The notes under the pieces are model-generated. The model saw only the letters and a list, made by a program, of their open reading frames with translations. It made no database searches and was not told the origin of the DNA. This document shows positions 35,700-45,701 of a DNA stretch of 64,000 nt, piece after piece; positions within the stretch are counted from its first letter, which is position 1, and each line of letters starts with the position of its first letter. The position numbers and the translations under genes were made by a program. This stretch comes from an uncultured Candidatus Saccharibacteria bacterium (GTDB lineage Bacteria > Patescibacteriota > Minisyncoccia > HO2-45-28), in NCBI GenBank assembly GCA_964574495.1, contig CAZNNT010000001.1:5194-69193 (forward strand), in the 5' to 3' direction.

Positions 35700-36747
35700 A
35701 GTGGCCTTTTTTTATAAGCGTCTCTGCAGGAATGTCAATTTTTGCCGCCTTGCCGATTATTTTTCGCAGGTATTTGGGTTCCAGACCCGTGCCCGGGCGT
35801 TTAATGGCCAGATTACTGCGGCTGAATATTTCGCCTTTTTTAATGTCGCGTAAAACAACAACGCTTTTTCTCGCAAGCGCTTTATAGGCCGATTCGCTTT
35901 TAGAAGGCCTTTTTTCGGCCGAACCCTTAAGTAAGGGAATCATTCTTATCTGCCTGACCATTTCTTTAAATTCTTCCGGCTCCAAAGACGCTTTATGGTC
36001 GGGTCCCGGCAGATTTTTGTTTAAAGTCAGATGCTTTTCAATAATTTCCGCGCCCATGGCCGCGGCCAAAACCGAAGCGAACGCGCCGAGCGTGTGGTCG
36101 GAATAACCGGCCAAAACCCCAAACTTTTTACGAAATGTCTCCAAAACCCGCAGATTGGCTTCCTCCGGCTTTGAGGGATAATCGGTGGTGCACTGCAAAA
36201 GAATAATTTTATTGTTTCCGGATTTTCTGATAGTTTTTACGGCTTCTTTAACTTCGGACATTGTTGCCATTCCGGTTGAAATTATCATCGGTTTTTTGAA
36301 GCGCGCGGCGTATTCCAAAACCGGCAGATTGGTCAGTTCCCCCGAGCCGAATTTAAAAGCCGTAGCGCCCAAAGCGCGGACTCTGTCTACGCTCGCGAAT
36401 CCGCCGTGGGGCGAGGAAAGAAAAATAATTTTTTCCCCGCGGCAATACTCCGCGACTTTTTTAAAATCCTCATCGCTTAATTCCAACCTTTTAATCATTT
36501 CCAGCTGATTCTCGCTTCTGCCGATATTCTTTTTTTGGTAAGAGGCCATTTTTCCCGCCGAAGTTACCACCTCTTCGGCTTTAAAATCCTGAAATTTTAC
36601 GGCATCCGCGCCGGCTTTTTTTGCCGCTTTAACGAGTTTCAGCGCCAGCGATAATTTACCGTTATGGTTTACTCCGGCTTCGGCTATCACGAAAACCGGC
36701 TGTCCCTGGCCGATGAACTTTCCGCCTATTTTGAGATTAGAAACCAT
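35692..36747 (-). CDS. neuB: Nonulosonic acid synthase NeuB/LegI family with SAF domain
   Basis: IAEAGVNHNG, GADAVKFQ, STGMA, GYSDHT, IEKH.TL, GPDHKASLEP, KRPGTG. Confidence 0.92.
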   Translation of the reverse strand: MVSNLKIGGKFIGQGQPVFVIAEAGVNHNGKLSLALKLVKAAKKAGADAVKFQDFKAEEVVTSAGKMASYQKKNIGRSENQLEMIKRLELSDEDFKKVAEYCRGEKIIFLSSPHGGFASVDRVRALGATAFKFGSGELTNLPVLEYAARFKKPMIISTGMATMSEVKEAVKTIRKSGNNKIILLQCTTDYPSKPEEANLRVLETFRKKFGVLAGYSDHTLGAFASVLAAAMGAEIIEKHLTLNKNLPGPDHKASLEPEEFKEMVRQIRMIPLLKGSAEKRPSKSESAYKALARKSVVVLRDIKKGEIFSRSNLAIKRPGTGLEPKYLRKIIGKAAKIDIPAETLIKKGHYE

Positions 36748-37714
36748 GAAAATATGCCCTCTTTAAAGCTAAAGCGTTTTTTAAGTCCGAAGCGGATTCT
36801 TCCAAATTACTGTACCCCTTTTTCTCGCGCGTTTTTTTTATAAAAAACGCGAGTTCTTTGCGGTACATATCATTGCCTCCGGCTTTGATTTTAAAAATCT
36901 TTGTTCTCTTGTCGGTATGAAGTTTTATTTCATTATCTTCACTGCCTCGCCGCAGAATCTTCTCCCAGATTAGCGTCCCGCGGCTCCCCAAAATCTCGCA
37001 GTATCTTTTTCCCGGAACCTGAAAATAATCCTGATGAACCGAAATTATTTTGCCCTTTTCGGAAACAAAAAGACCTTCAGCCATGTCTTCGGATTTAATT
37101 TTCAGGTCTGAAATATTTCCGGAAAATCCTTTAACGAACCGCAATTTTTCTCCGAGAAGCCAGGCGGGATAATTTATCTCGTGAATTAAATCCAAAGTTA
37201 CGCCTCCGCCTTTTTTGGAGTCGCCGGAATAGCTTTTTCGGTAATCCCCCTTTCTCCAAGTTCTCAAATCCTTTCCGGCCGAAACGCGCATGGAAAGTAT
37301 GACGCTGATTTTTTTTTGCTTGATCATTTTTTTCAAAAATACGAGCGGCTTAAAAAATTGGAGGCAGTAAGCCACGAAAAACACCGGCTTTCGCTTTTTA
37401 ATTTCTTTTCGTATTTTGGCGATGTCTTTTAAAGAATGGGATATCGGTTTTTCCACGAAAATGCCCGCGGGATTATGACGGAGGCAGCGCAAAATCGTCG
37501 CGGCGTGCTTGTGAGTTTCGTTGGTTATGAAAAAAATATCCGGGCCGGCGGCGTAAAATTTTTTTTCCGAAGAAAAAAACCGGATATTCTTATCCGAACT
37601 TTTCACATCCTTTCTTTTGGTCAGCACGTTAAGGATTGAGCGCGGGAAAAGTTCGCGGATGTTGGCCGCGTGCCTCTGGCCGATTGAACCGTAACCGATA
37701 AGCCCCATGTTCAT
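36737..37714 (-). CDS. Gfo/Idh/MocA oxidoreductase (PtmF-like)
   Basis: GYGSIG.RH, FVEKP, GGGV.LDLIHE. Confidence 0.85.
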   Translation of the reverse strand: MNMGLIGYGSIGQRHAANIRELFPRSILNVLTKRKDVKSSDKNIRFFSSEKKFYAAGPDIFFITNETHKHAATILRCLRHNPAGIFVEKPISHSLKDIAKIRKEIKKRKPVFFVAYCLQFFKPLVFLKKMIKQKKISVILSMRVSAGKDLRTWRKGDYRKSYSGDSKKGGGVTLDLIHEINYPAWLLGEKLRFVKGFSGNISDLKIKSEDMAEGLFVSEKGKIISVHQDYFQVPGKRYCEILGSRGTLIWEKILRRGSEDNEIKLHTDKRTKIFKIKAGGNDMYRKELAFFIKKTREKKGYSNLEESASDLKNALALKRAYFHGF

Positions 37715-37718
37715 AAAA

Positions 37719-38453
37719 TTATTTTAAGTTCTTAATTCTATTTTTTATAACCCCTTTCTTTTTGTATAAAATTTCGGCCAGCGCCCAGTCCTCCGGCGCG
37801 TCCAAATCCACCGACCTCCATTTATCGCAAACCACGGCTTTGGTTTTTTTGGTCAAAACCGTTTTTTCTTTCAGAAGCGCGGATGTTTTAACAATGTAGA
37901 CAAAACAGCCGTTGAGGAGATAAGCGACATTCCAATCCTGAATGTTGGACGACTTGAATTTAACCTTATTTGCTAAAATGATATTTTTATTTTTATCCAG
38001 CCAATAAAGCCGGGGGTGGGTTGGAGCTACAGTTAAAACCGTCGTGGCGTCGGTTCGTTTCATCAAATCCCACGAGGCCTCAATGTCTCTATTTTCGCGA
38101 AGGGGCGAGGTGGTCTGCAAAATTACAATATGAGTCGGCTCATATTTTTCATCTTTTTTTAGACGTTTTAACAGAAACACTATGGCGTCAATCACCTGCG
38201 CCTTATCGCCCGCTAAACTTTTCGGCCTTAAATACGGAACTTCGGCGCCGTATTTTTTGGAAATGGAGGCGATTTTGGGCGAGTCGGTATCAACCACCAC
38301 GCGGTCAATCCATGGAATTTTTTTGGCCTGCAAAATCGTGTAAGCAATCAGCGGTTTGCCCAGAAAATTTCTTATGTTTTTATTGCGGATTCTTTTTGAA
38401 CCGGCTCTGGCGGGAATTACGGCTAAAACCGTTTTATTTTTCTTAATTTTCAT
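37719..38453 (-). CDS. neuA: CMP-nonulosonate synthetase (acylneuraminate cytidylyltransferase)
   Basis: IPARAGSKRI..KN, GKPLI, LRP..L, LQTTSPLR, SVDLD. Confidence 0.92.
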   Translation of the reverse strand: MKIKKNKTVLAVIPARAGSKRIRNKNIRNFLGKPLIAYTILQAKKIPWIDRVVVDTDSPKIASISKKYGAEVPYLRPKSLAGDKAQVIDAIVFLLKRLKKDEKYEPTHIVILQTTSPLRENRDIEASWDLMKRTDATTVLTVAPTHPRLYWLDKNKNIILANKVKFKSSNIQDWNVAYLLNGCFVYIVKTSALLKEKTVLTKKTKAVVCDKWRSVDLDAPEDWALAEILYKKKGVIKNRIKNLK

Positions 38454-38458
38454 GGCTA

Positions 38459-39757
38459 TTAAACCAGGCCTTTGAGCGGCGTTTGATTTTCGCCGGGATC
38501 TTCGCCTGCCGGACCGCCGTTAGACACTACTTTTTTCAACCGCCATAAATCGTCTTCTCCCTTTTTCCAAACATGGGGCATTCTGTATTTATCCATAATT
38601 TTCCAGAAATGCTCTTCGCTGATTCCCAGATAATCCAAAAAATTCTGAAAATATTTTTTAGGAAATTCGTGGTCGTATCTATGCACCAGCGAAACCGCCT
38701 CTTCCCTTGTGATGTGGCCGCATCTGATTTCACTGCAGGCCTCGCGGGTAGCCCGCCCGTAGCCGAATTTAATATAGGCCAAGAGCCAATGGAACGGGTC
38801 CAATTGGTCGTCAATGCTGCAGTGCTTGGTATAAGTGCCTTCGGTACGTTCGGTGTTGGCTTCAAATCCGGTGTGTTTTGAAGCGTAGTAAAAATTTTCC
38901 TGCGGCACCCAGAGTTTATAGTAAGACCACCAGTGCATCTGCAAATCAAGTTTTTTAATTTCATCAAGCGCCGGCGGACGGTAAAAATCAAACTGATTAT
39001 CTTTAAGCTCGGAAGCCGAAAAAATTCCCATTTTAAAACCTTCCGCGAGCAAAACATCCACTCCGGCTCCTTTAAAATAAAGCTCGTCCCAATCCTCGGG
39101 CGATTCATAGGGTTTGTTTTCGTTTTTAAACGACCCGCCGTATTCAATCTCGCCGTTTTCGCCGTAAAAAATCAGGGGGATTTTAAAGCGATGGGCCATC
39201 TGAAAAGCCAGCGCTTTTTGCCCGAAAGTGAACGGCTCCCACGGATCGCCCTTCAATTCAAAAGCCACGCGGGCAAGTTTGCGATGCAAAATTCCGTTCG
39301 GCCAAACGAGCACTCCGTCAAGCCCGCTCTGAATAAAATTAAAATAATTCTGCCAGCCGATATCGGTATAAATAAACGGCGCCCAGGTTACGGCTAAAGG
39401 ATGCATTCCGCGGGCTTTCAATTGATGCGTTACCAAAGCGCTGTCTTTTCCCGCGCTGCCCGGAACAATGACGTCAAAACCGCCGTTTTTAGACCGGTGT
39501 TTGTCCAGAAGCGCTTCCAATTCTTTTTCCCGTTTAGCCCAATCAATTACTCCGCCGAATTTTTTTTCGGCGTATTTGCAGGCGTTGCAGATGCCGTCGG
39601 CGTCAAACTCGGTTCTGGGACGCTGATTGGATATGACGCATTTTTTGCAAAATAAAATTTTTTGAGGCAGTAACTTCAGCTGCCGGTCCTTGGTCTTAAA
39701 TTCATACTGCCGATATTTTGTTTCATCTATGTTTAATTTAGGAAATTTATATTTCAT
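38459..39757 (-). CDS. N-acetyl sugar amidotransferase (WbuX/PtmG/PseA family)
   Basis: CKKC...RP...C..C, SAGKDS PP-loop, YGEN...EYGG, KFGYGRAT, IR.G.ITREE. Confidence 0.9.
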   Translation of the reverse strand: MKYKFPKLNIDETKYRQYEFKTKDRQLKLLPQKILFCKKCVISNQRPRTEFDADGICNACKYAEKKFGGVIDWAKREKELEALLDKHRSKNGGFDVIVPGSAGKDSALVTHQLKARGMHPLAVTWAPFIYTDIGWQNYFNFIQSGLDGVLVWPNGILHRKLARVAFELKGDPWEPFTFGQKALAFQMAHRFKIPLIFYGENGEIEYGGSFKNENKPYESPEDWDELYFKGAGVDVLLAEGFKMGIFSASELKDNQFDFYRPPALDEIKKLDLQMHWWSYYKLWVPQENFYYASKHTGFEANTERTEGTYTKHCSIDDQLDPFHWLLAYIKFGYGRATREACSEIRCGHITREEAVSLVHRYDHEFPKKYFQNFLDYLGISEEHFWKIMDKYRMPHVWKKGEDDLWRLKKVVSNGGPAGEDPGENQTPLKGLV

Positions 39758-39774
39758 GACCAATCCAAACTATA

Positions 39775-41307
39775 TCATAAATTACGCTCTTTGCAAAACG
39801 CTTCCAGAATTTTTAATCCGGCTTGTCCGCTTCGCTCCGGATGAAACTGGGTCGCAAAAATATTGTCTTTTTTTACCGCGGAGCAGAATCTTTGGCCTCC
39901 GTATTCCGAAACGGCGGCCACCACGCTTTGGTCTTCCGGTTCCGGATAATAAGAGTGCACGAAATAGACCATTTCATCGCCGCCGGCGTTTTGGCGCTTC
40001 GGATTTTTCAAATAATTCCATCCTATATGAGGCAGTTTATATCTGTTTAAATTAACTTCGGACGGTTTTTTAAAAGATACGACCCGGCCGCCAATCAAAT
40101 CAAGGCCTTTGTGCAAGCCGAACTCTTCGCTTTCCGAAAAAAGAAGCTGCATACCCAGACATATCCCTAAAAACGGTTTGCCGGATTTAACTTCTTCCAC
40201 AAGCGGCTCAATAAGACCCATATTTTTCAGGGCGTTCATTCCGTGCTCATACGCTCCGACTCCGGGCAAAACCAGACATTTGACATTTTTAAATTCCGAA
40301 GGACTTTCAATTACTTTTACGCTTTTTCCCAGACGCTCAAACGCTTTCAAAACGCTTTTTACATTATTAAGTTTGTAATTAATCACGCCGATGTCGCGCT
40401 TTTGGCCGATTTTTAACAAGTCCTCGCGGCTTTCCTTGCCTATGTCAATTCCCAAATTTTCGTCTCCCAGCTGCCTTAAAGTGAATCGATTATAGTCAAA
40501 GATGCCGGCCGCGGACGCCGACCCCGACTTTTTTTTCGCGTCCGAAACATTCCTCACCTTAATTCCGGCTTTCAAAAGCGCGGTTTTGACATCATCAATA
40601 TCCGCTTCTTTATAGTGAAAAATGGAGGCCGCGGCCACCGCGTCGGCGTCAGTCGTCTTGAAACAATCAACAAAATCCTCCGGTTTAGCCGCGCCGCCCG
40701 AAGCAATGACCGGAATTGAAACGGCTCCAGACACTTCTTTTACAAGCTCCAGATCAAGCCCGTTTTTAGCGCCTTCCATATCAACCGAGGTCAATAAAAT
40801 CTCGCCCGCGCCCAATTCTTCGCCTCTTTTGGCCCACGAAACGGCATTCAGGCCGGTTGTTTGCCGGCCGTTATCGGTGTAGGCCTCCCATTTGCCCGGC
40901 GATATTTTTTTGGCTTCAATTGAAAGCACGACGCACTGCGACCCGAAACGCTCCGAGGCCTCCTTAATCAATCGCGGATTTTTGGTGGCGGCCGTGTTTA
41001 CGGCCACCTTGTCGGCTCCGGCTCGCAATAAATTTTCTATGTCTTCAATCGTACGAACTCCGCCGCCGGCGGTAAAAGGAATAAATATTTTTTCGGTCGC
41101 GCGCTCCACAATATTTAAAAGATTCTTACGGCCGTATAAACTGGCGACGGTATCTAAATAAATCAATTCATCAGCGCCCTGCAAATAATATTCCTCGGCT
41201 ATGTCTTCCGGCCTGCCCATCACGCGCAAACATTCAAACTGGACGCCCTTAACCACATTGGGGCCCTTAATATCCAGTCGGGCAATGACGCGTATGTTTT
41301 TGTCCAT
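39775..41307 (-). CDS. HisF-like cyclase domain fused N-terminally to a HisH-like glutaminase (WbuZ-WbuY type)
   Basis: RVIARLDIK..VVKG, GADEL, GGGVR, GAGEILLTSVD, ASGG; then LPGVG, GICLGMQ, PHIGWN, YFVHSY, QFHPE. Confidence 0.9.
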   Translation of the reverse strand: MDKNIRVIARLDIKGPNVVKGVQFECLRVMGRPEDIAEEYYLQGADELIYLDTVASLYGRKNLLNIVERATEKIFIPFTAGGGVRTIEDIENLLRAGADKVAVNTAATKNPRLIKEASERFGSQCVVLSIEAKKISPGKWEAYTDNGRQTTGLNAVSWAKRGEELGAGEILLTSVDMEGAKNGLDLELVKEVSGAVSIPVIASGGAAKPEDFVDCFKTTDADAVAAASIFHYKEADIDDVKTALLKAGIKVRNVSDAKKKSGSASAAGIFDYNRFTLRQLGDENLGIDIGKESREDLLKIGQKRDIGVINYKLNNVKSVLKAFERLGKSVKVIESPSEFKNVKCLVLPGVGAYEHGMNALKNMGLIEPLVEEVKSGKPFLGICLGMQLLFSESEEFGLHKGLDLIGGRVVSFKKPSEVNLNRYKLPHIGWNYLKNPKRQNAGGDEMVYFVHSYYPEPEDQSVVAAVSEYGGQRFCSAVKKDNIFATQFHPERSGQAGLKILEAFCKERNL

Positions 41308-41322
41308 TGGCTTGCCTTACGT

Positions 41323-43101
41323 TTATTTTTTGATAATAAGAGTTCTATTAAGCAGTAAGGCATCCAAGTCGGATTCAATAAAAGTGTGCCAGGCGTCTTC
41401 GGCGTTCCTGACAATCGGCTCGCCGTGCAGATTAAACGAGGTGTTTAAGAGCGCTCCCACACCGGTCTGTTTTTCAAATTCCTGAATCAAGGCGTAATAT
41501 TCGGGGTTGGACTCTTCTTCCAAAATCTGGGGACGCGCCGTAAAATCAGCCGGATGAATCGCGGCTTTCAGGTGTTCTTGCCCTAAAAGCGTAGTATCAA
41601 AAGCCATTGTCATAAAGGGCGACTTTAAATTTTTGGGATTAACCAGGTAATCATTCGCGCGATAATCAAGAATTGAAGGCGTAAAAGGCATCCAGAAATC
41701 ACGGTATTTTATTTTGTCGTTGATTAAACGGATGTTGTCAAAATTGGATGGATGGCAAAGAATGGAACGATTGCCCAGAGCTCTCGCCCCAAACTCGCCC
41801 CTCCCCGCGCATCTTGCCACAATTTTGTTTTTAGCGAGCAGGTCCGCGATTTGCTTATTTGACGCTTCGTAAACTATCTCGTAACCGGCAATATCATATT
41901 TCGCGATAAGTTTTTTTATTTCGTCATCGGTTATAGCGTAGCCCAGATAAACATTGGTTGGCGTTTTTGGAGCAATCCCCTTTTCCGCAAAAAGCGCGAA
42001 TGCCGCCCCTATCGCCGTTGATTCATCCCCGCCCGATGCCGGCACAAAAAAATAATTCAATCCGTCAATTTCGGCAAGCGTCTTATTGGCCTTAACATTC
42101 ATAGCGAGCCCTCCGCTAAAAACAAGCGAGTCAACCCGCAGATGGTTTAAAACATTTTTCGCCCAGACGGCTAAAACCTCTTCCACCCATTTCTGGAGGC
42201 CGCCGGCAATGCCGTCAAAACGGACGCCTTCCAGCTTGTCTTTGAAATAAAAATACATGTCCGACGGCTTTTTATTCCATTTAAAATCCAGGCCGTCGGC
42301 GACCAGGGTTTCCTTAAAGACATCGTAGGCCGGCTTTAAAACATAGTCCTTGGCGTAGGGCGCTAAACCCATAACTTTATATTCGTGCTCAAAAGGCCTC
42401 ATTCCGAGAAGTAAAGTAATATAGCGATAGATTCTTGCCAGATTGCACATGGCGCTTCCATGAATTTTTTCAAGTTTCCCGTTTTCGGCGACATAAATAG
42501 AGGCGTTTTCGCCGTCGCCCCAGCCGTCGGCCGTAATTACGCCGATTCTTTTTGAGCGCTCCAAGGGCGAGGCGTAATAAGCGTAACCGGCGTGAGCCAA
42601 ATGATGATTGACGAATATAACCTTTCCTGGATCAATGCCCAATTGCTTGACGGCAACTTTGATTCTTTCCTTATTAAATGCCTCGCTCCATTTTTCTTTC
42701 GGCTCGGTTTTCATAAAGCCGAAATCGTAATATTCTTTTTCGGGAAAATTAAAACGCTTTTCCTGCATCACGTTTTCCCAAAAAGACGATTCTTTATTTT
42801 CAAGTAAAACCGGCTTCCAGTATTCATTCATTTCGCGAAGGTAATCTGAAACGCGAAATCTGGTGATTCTTTTTATTTTTAACTGCGCGGGGTCCGTAAT
42901 CTGGCAGGTATAGGCGACAAAATCCACCTCTTCCGGCTTTACGCCCGTAAGACGAAAGGCCTCTTCCACGCTTTTGAAGGGATAGCCAACTTCGTTTTTG
43001 GACCTCTCAATCCGCTCTTCGGAAGAGGCGTATAAAACTTCGCCGTCTTTTATCAGCGCGGCTGTCGCGTTATGGTCCTCATTTATTCCCAGGATAATCA
43101 T
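41323..43101 (-). CDS. Carbamoyltransferase (NodU/CmcH family)
   Basis: EERIERSK, HHLAHA, DGWGD, EYKVMGLAPY, EFGARALGNRSIL, KYRDFWMPF, LNTSFNLHGEP. Confidence 0.92.
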   Translation of the reverse strand: MIILGINEDHNATAALIKDGEVLYASSEERIERSKNEVGYPFKSVEEAFRLTGVKPEEVDFVAYTCQITDPAQLKIKRITRFRVSDYLREMNEYWKPVLLENKESSFWENVMQEKRFNFPEKEYYDFGFMKTEPKEKWSEAFNKERIKVAVKQLGIDPGKVIFVNHHLAHAGYAYYASPLERSKRIGVITADGWGDGENASIYVAENGKLEKIHGSAMCNLARIYRYITLLLGMRPFEHEYKVMGLAPYAKDYVLKPAYDVFKETLVADGLDFKWNKKPSDMYFYFKDKLEGVRFDGIAGGLQKWVEEVLAVWAKNVLNHLRVDSLVFSGGLAMNVKANKTLAEIDGLNYFFVPASGGDESTAIGAAFALFAEKGIAPKTPTNVYLGYAITDDEIKKLIAKYDIAGYEIVYEASNKQIADLLAKNKIVARCAGRGEFGARALGNRSILCHPSNFDNIRLINDKIKYRDFWMPFTPSILDYRANDYLVNPKNLKSPFMTMAFDTTLLGQEHLKAAIHPADFTARPQILEEESNPEYYALIQEFEKQTGVGALLNTSFNLHGEPIVRNAEDAWHTFIESDLDALLLNRTLIIKK

Positions 43102-43160
43102 AAAATATTTTTTATAATACGATATTGATGGACGGCGGTCAATATGATATTATTTTGGGC

Positions 43161-45701
43161 ATGGTAAAAATTGAAGAACTAAAACGTTGGCAGTACGGGT
43201 TATTCGCGGCTCTGGTCATGCTTGCGGGATTTGTGATTTTATTTTGGCCGGAAATTACCGGAAAAAACTTGCCGCCGATAGGAAACATAGGCCTATACCA
43301 CTACATATATTTCACGGCTACGAGTTTTTTCATAAATATCCTTAATATGCTGCCGAACTGGTGGCCGGCCTATAATTCGGGGTACCCCATAAACCTTACT
43401 TTGGACGGCTTTCTTAATCCCTTTTTTCTTTTGGCGCTAAAATTCATTCCTCCGTTTTTAGCCAACAATTTGGCGATTATTTTTCTTTTCGTCATAAACG
43501 GCTTGAGTTTTTACGCGCTGGCGAGAGCGCTGAAATTAAGCAGGACGGCAGGCCTTATCAGCGCGATTTCATACGCTTTTAGCGGCGTTATTGTTCACTT
43601 CTCGGTGGTAACCACGATTGCCGCCTTAATGCCTTTTCTGCCGCTTTCTTTTTTATGCTGTCTTAAAATTTTTGAAGGCCGGACAAAATGGTTCTGGGCG
43701 TGGCTGGCTCTGATGACTTATTCCTGGTTCGGGGGATGGTCTGAAATGATTGTTTACGCCTTAACTGCCGTGGGATTTTTTGCGGTATATTTAATATTCA
43801 AAAACAGGAAGTCGGAAAATTTCAGTTTTTATTATCCCCTGCTTTTTTTCGGCGCCATTCCCTTGAGTATGCTGATTTTATCTCCGTGGTTTTTATCAAT
43901 TTTGCATTTTGTTTCTTACTCCGAAAGAGCCGGGGGAACGGGAGAGGCGGGCAAATACATGCCGACGACTCTCTCTCATCTTCTTCATATGCTAAATCCC
44001 CGCATTTCCGTTCTTTACGGCGACCTCTTGCCGTTTTTCTCTTTAGGCAATCATCCCTATTTTTTGTTTTTTGGCACTTTGCCGTTTCTGTTGGCGCTCT
44101 CGGCCTTTTTTATAAAAAATCTCAAGGAAAATAAAAACCTGTTATTTTTTATGGGATTGTCCGCCGGCGCCATTTTTATGACCGTGAACAACTCGCCTCT
44201 GTTCTGGCTGTTTCATCAGATTCCGGTGCTGAAGTGGTTTGGAGGATACTGGAAATGGTCGTTTGTCATTGTTTTTTCGCTGGCAATGCTGGCCGGCTAC
44301 GGTTTTGACAACATTGGAGATTTTTTCCGGCGTAAATTTTCTAAACGCGCGATTGCGGTTTTGTGGATATTTTTTGCCGTAGCTTTAATCGGCGCCGGAA
44401 CTATCGCCATTTTTGACCGCAAAATCCAATCAACGATTACCTCTTACGGCGTGGCTCACTACCAGAACGCAAGCGGTCGGGTTTTTGTCCGGCCGGCGGC
44501 CTATTACGAAAGGACGGTAAAAGAAATAGCCGAAAGTTTAACCTACAATTTCTCTTTAAAAAACAAGTGGATTATTCTTATGACCGTTTTGTGGTTTATG
44601 ACTCTGCTTTATTTCACCCTCGGCAGGAAGTATGGCGAAATAAACCTCCAAAGGTGGAAGGCCTTTGCGATTCTGGTGGCTTTTGCCGGAAGCGTTCTTC
44701 CTTGGTACGGATTTCTAAAGGGGCCCCCCATATCTTATCTTAGAAATGAACCCGAAACGGCAAAATTTCTGCACTCAATCGAGGCCTACGCTTCAAACAA
44801 ATTGCCGCTTAGCGGCCCGTCAAAAGATCTGGTGCCATATAGAATTTTTCTTTATGTGCCGGAACAATATGTCGCTGAAATTTCCGAAAAATACGGCAGT
44901 AAATTCGCTTTTGGAGAAGCCAATTACGATTTATTTAAAGAAATGATGGATGATAACGCCCATGTATTTTTCAATTTTGACACTTTTCAAAACCATCAAA
45001 CGCTCTCGCTCCAGCGCCTTATGGATGTTTATTTTTTAGTCAGGCGCCAGGACTTAAACTACCAAAACCGCTTTACGGCTACTACGCCTTTTGAAAAATT
45101 CGTGGAGGATTTTTCAAAAGAAAAAAATATGCGGCTTTTGGGGGCGTTAAACGTAAAATACATTCTGTCGTTTTTTGAATTAAAAACGGGGATGAAGCCG
45201 ATTTTTACGAATTACATCAGGGGTATAGTTCCGATTTATATTTATAAAAACCCTTATTTTATGCCGAGATGGCATTTTGCCGATAAAATTTTGTGGGCGG
45301 ATGGCGGCAAGGAGGACCCTCTAAAGACGCTTGACGGCGTAGAAAATCTTTCATCTATAACCCTCCTTGAAACGCAGACCTCGGGCGATCCGGCGCTCCT
45401 GACTAAATCAAATCCGAACGACAAAATAGAATTGGAACTTTATACCGCGGGCGCCTTACGTTTAAAAACAAAAACGGAAAATTACCGCTTTTTGGTATTT
45501 TCTGAAAGCCGTTTTCCCGACTTTTGGCAAGCGACGATTAACGGGCAAAAGACCCCGATTTATACCGCCAATTATCTTTATCAGGCGATTTTGGTCCCTC
45601 CCGGAGAAAACATCGTTGAATTTCGCTATCCTAAACTAATGGAGCAAAGCGCCATTGCGCTAAATAAACGCATTGAAAGCTTGCTTAAAATAAATAATTA
45701 A
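43161..45701 (+). CDS. YfhO-like polytopic membrane protein (putative GT-C glycosyltransferase)
   Basis: WWP...SGYP, many TMs, LGALNVKYI, C-terminal LVFSE...W.A.ING...I..ANY...AI.VP.G.N.VEF.Y. Confidence 0.8.
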   Translation: MVKIEELKRWQYGLFAALVMLAGFVILFWPEITGKNLPPIGNIGLYHYIYFTATSFFINILNMLPNWWPAYNSGYPINLTLDGFLNPFFLLALKFIPPFLANNLAIIFLFVINGLSFYALARALKLSRTAGLISAISYAFSGVIVHFSVVTTIAALMPFLPLSFLCCLKIFEGRTKWFWAWLALMTYSWFGGWSEMIVYALTAVGFFAVYLIFKNRKSENFSFYYPLLFFGAIPLSMLILSPWFLSILHFVSYSERAGGTGEAGKYMPTTLSHLLHMLNPRISVLYGDLLPFFSLGNHPYFLFFGTLPFLLALSAFFIKNLKENKNLLFFMGLSAGAIFMTVNNSPLFWLFHQIPVLKWFGGYWKWSFVIVFSLAMLAGYGFDNIGDFFRRKFSKRAIAVLWIFFAVALIGAGTIAIFDRKIQSTITSYGVAHYQNASGRVFVRPAAYYERTVKEIAESLTYNFSLKNKWIILMTVLWFMTLLYFTLGRKYGEINLQRWKAFAILVAFAGSVLPWYGFLKGPPISYLRNEPETAKFLHSIEAYASNKLPLSGPSKDLVPYRIFLYVPEQYVAEISEKYGSKFAFGEANYDLFKEMMDDNAHVFFNFDTFQNHQTLSLQRLMDVYFLVRRQDLNYQNRFTATTPFEKFVEDFSKEKNMRLLGALNVKYILSFFELKTGMKPIFTNYIRGIVPIYIYKNPYFMPRWHFADKILWADGGKEDPLKTLDGVENLSSITLLETQTSGDPALLTKSNPNDKIELELYTAGALRLKTKTENYRFLVFSESRFPDFWQATINGQKTPIYTANYLYQAILVPPGENIVEFRYPKLMEQSAIALNKRIESLLKINN

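Noticed and set aside
39775-41307. Histidine biosynthesis hisF/hisH call
   Set aside because: No other his genes nearby, and adjacency to the WbuX-type gene points to the glycan-modifying paralogs, so no symbol was given.
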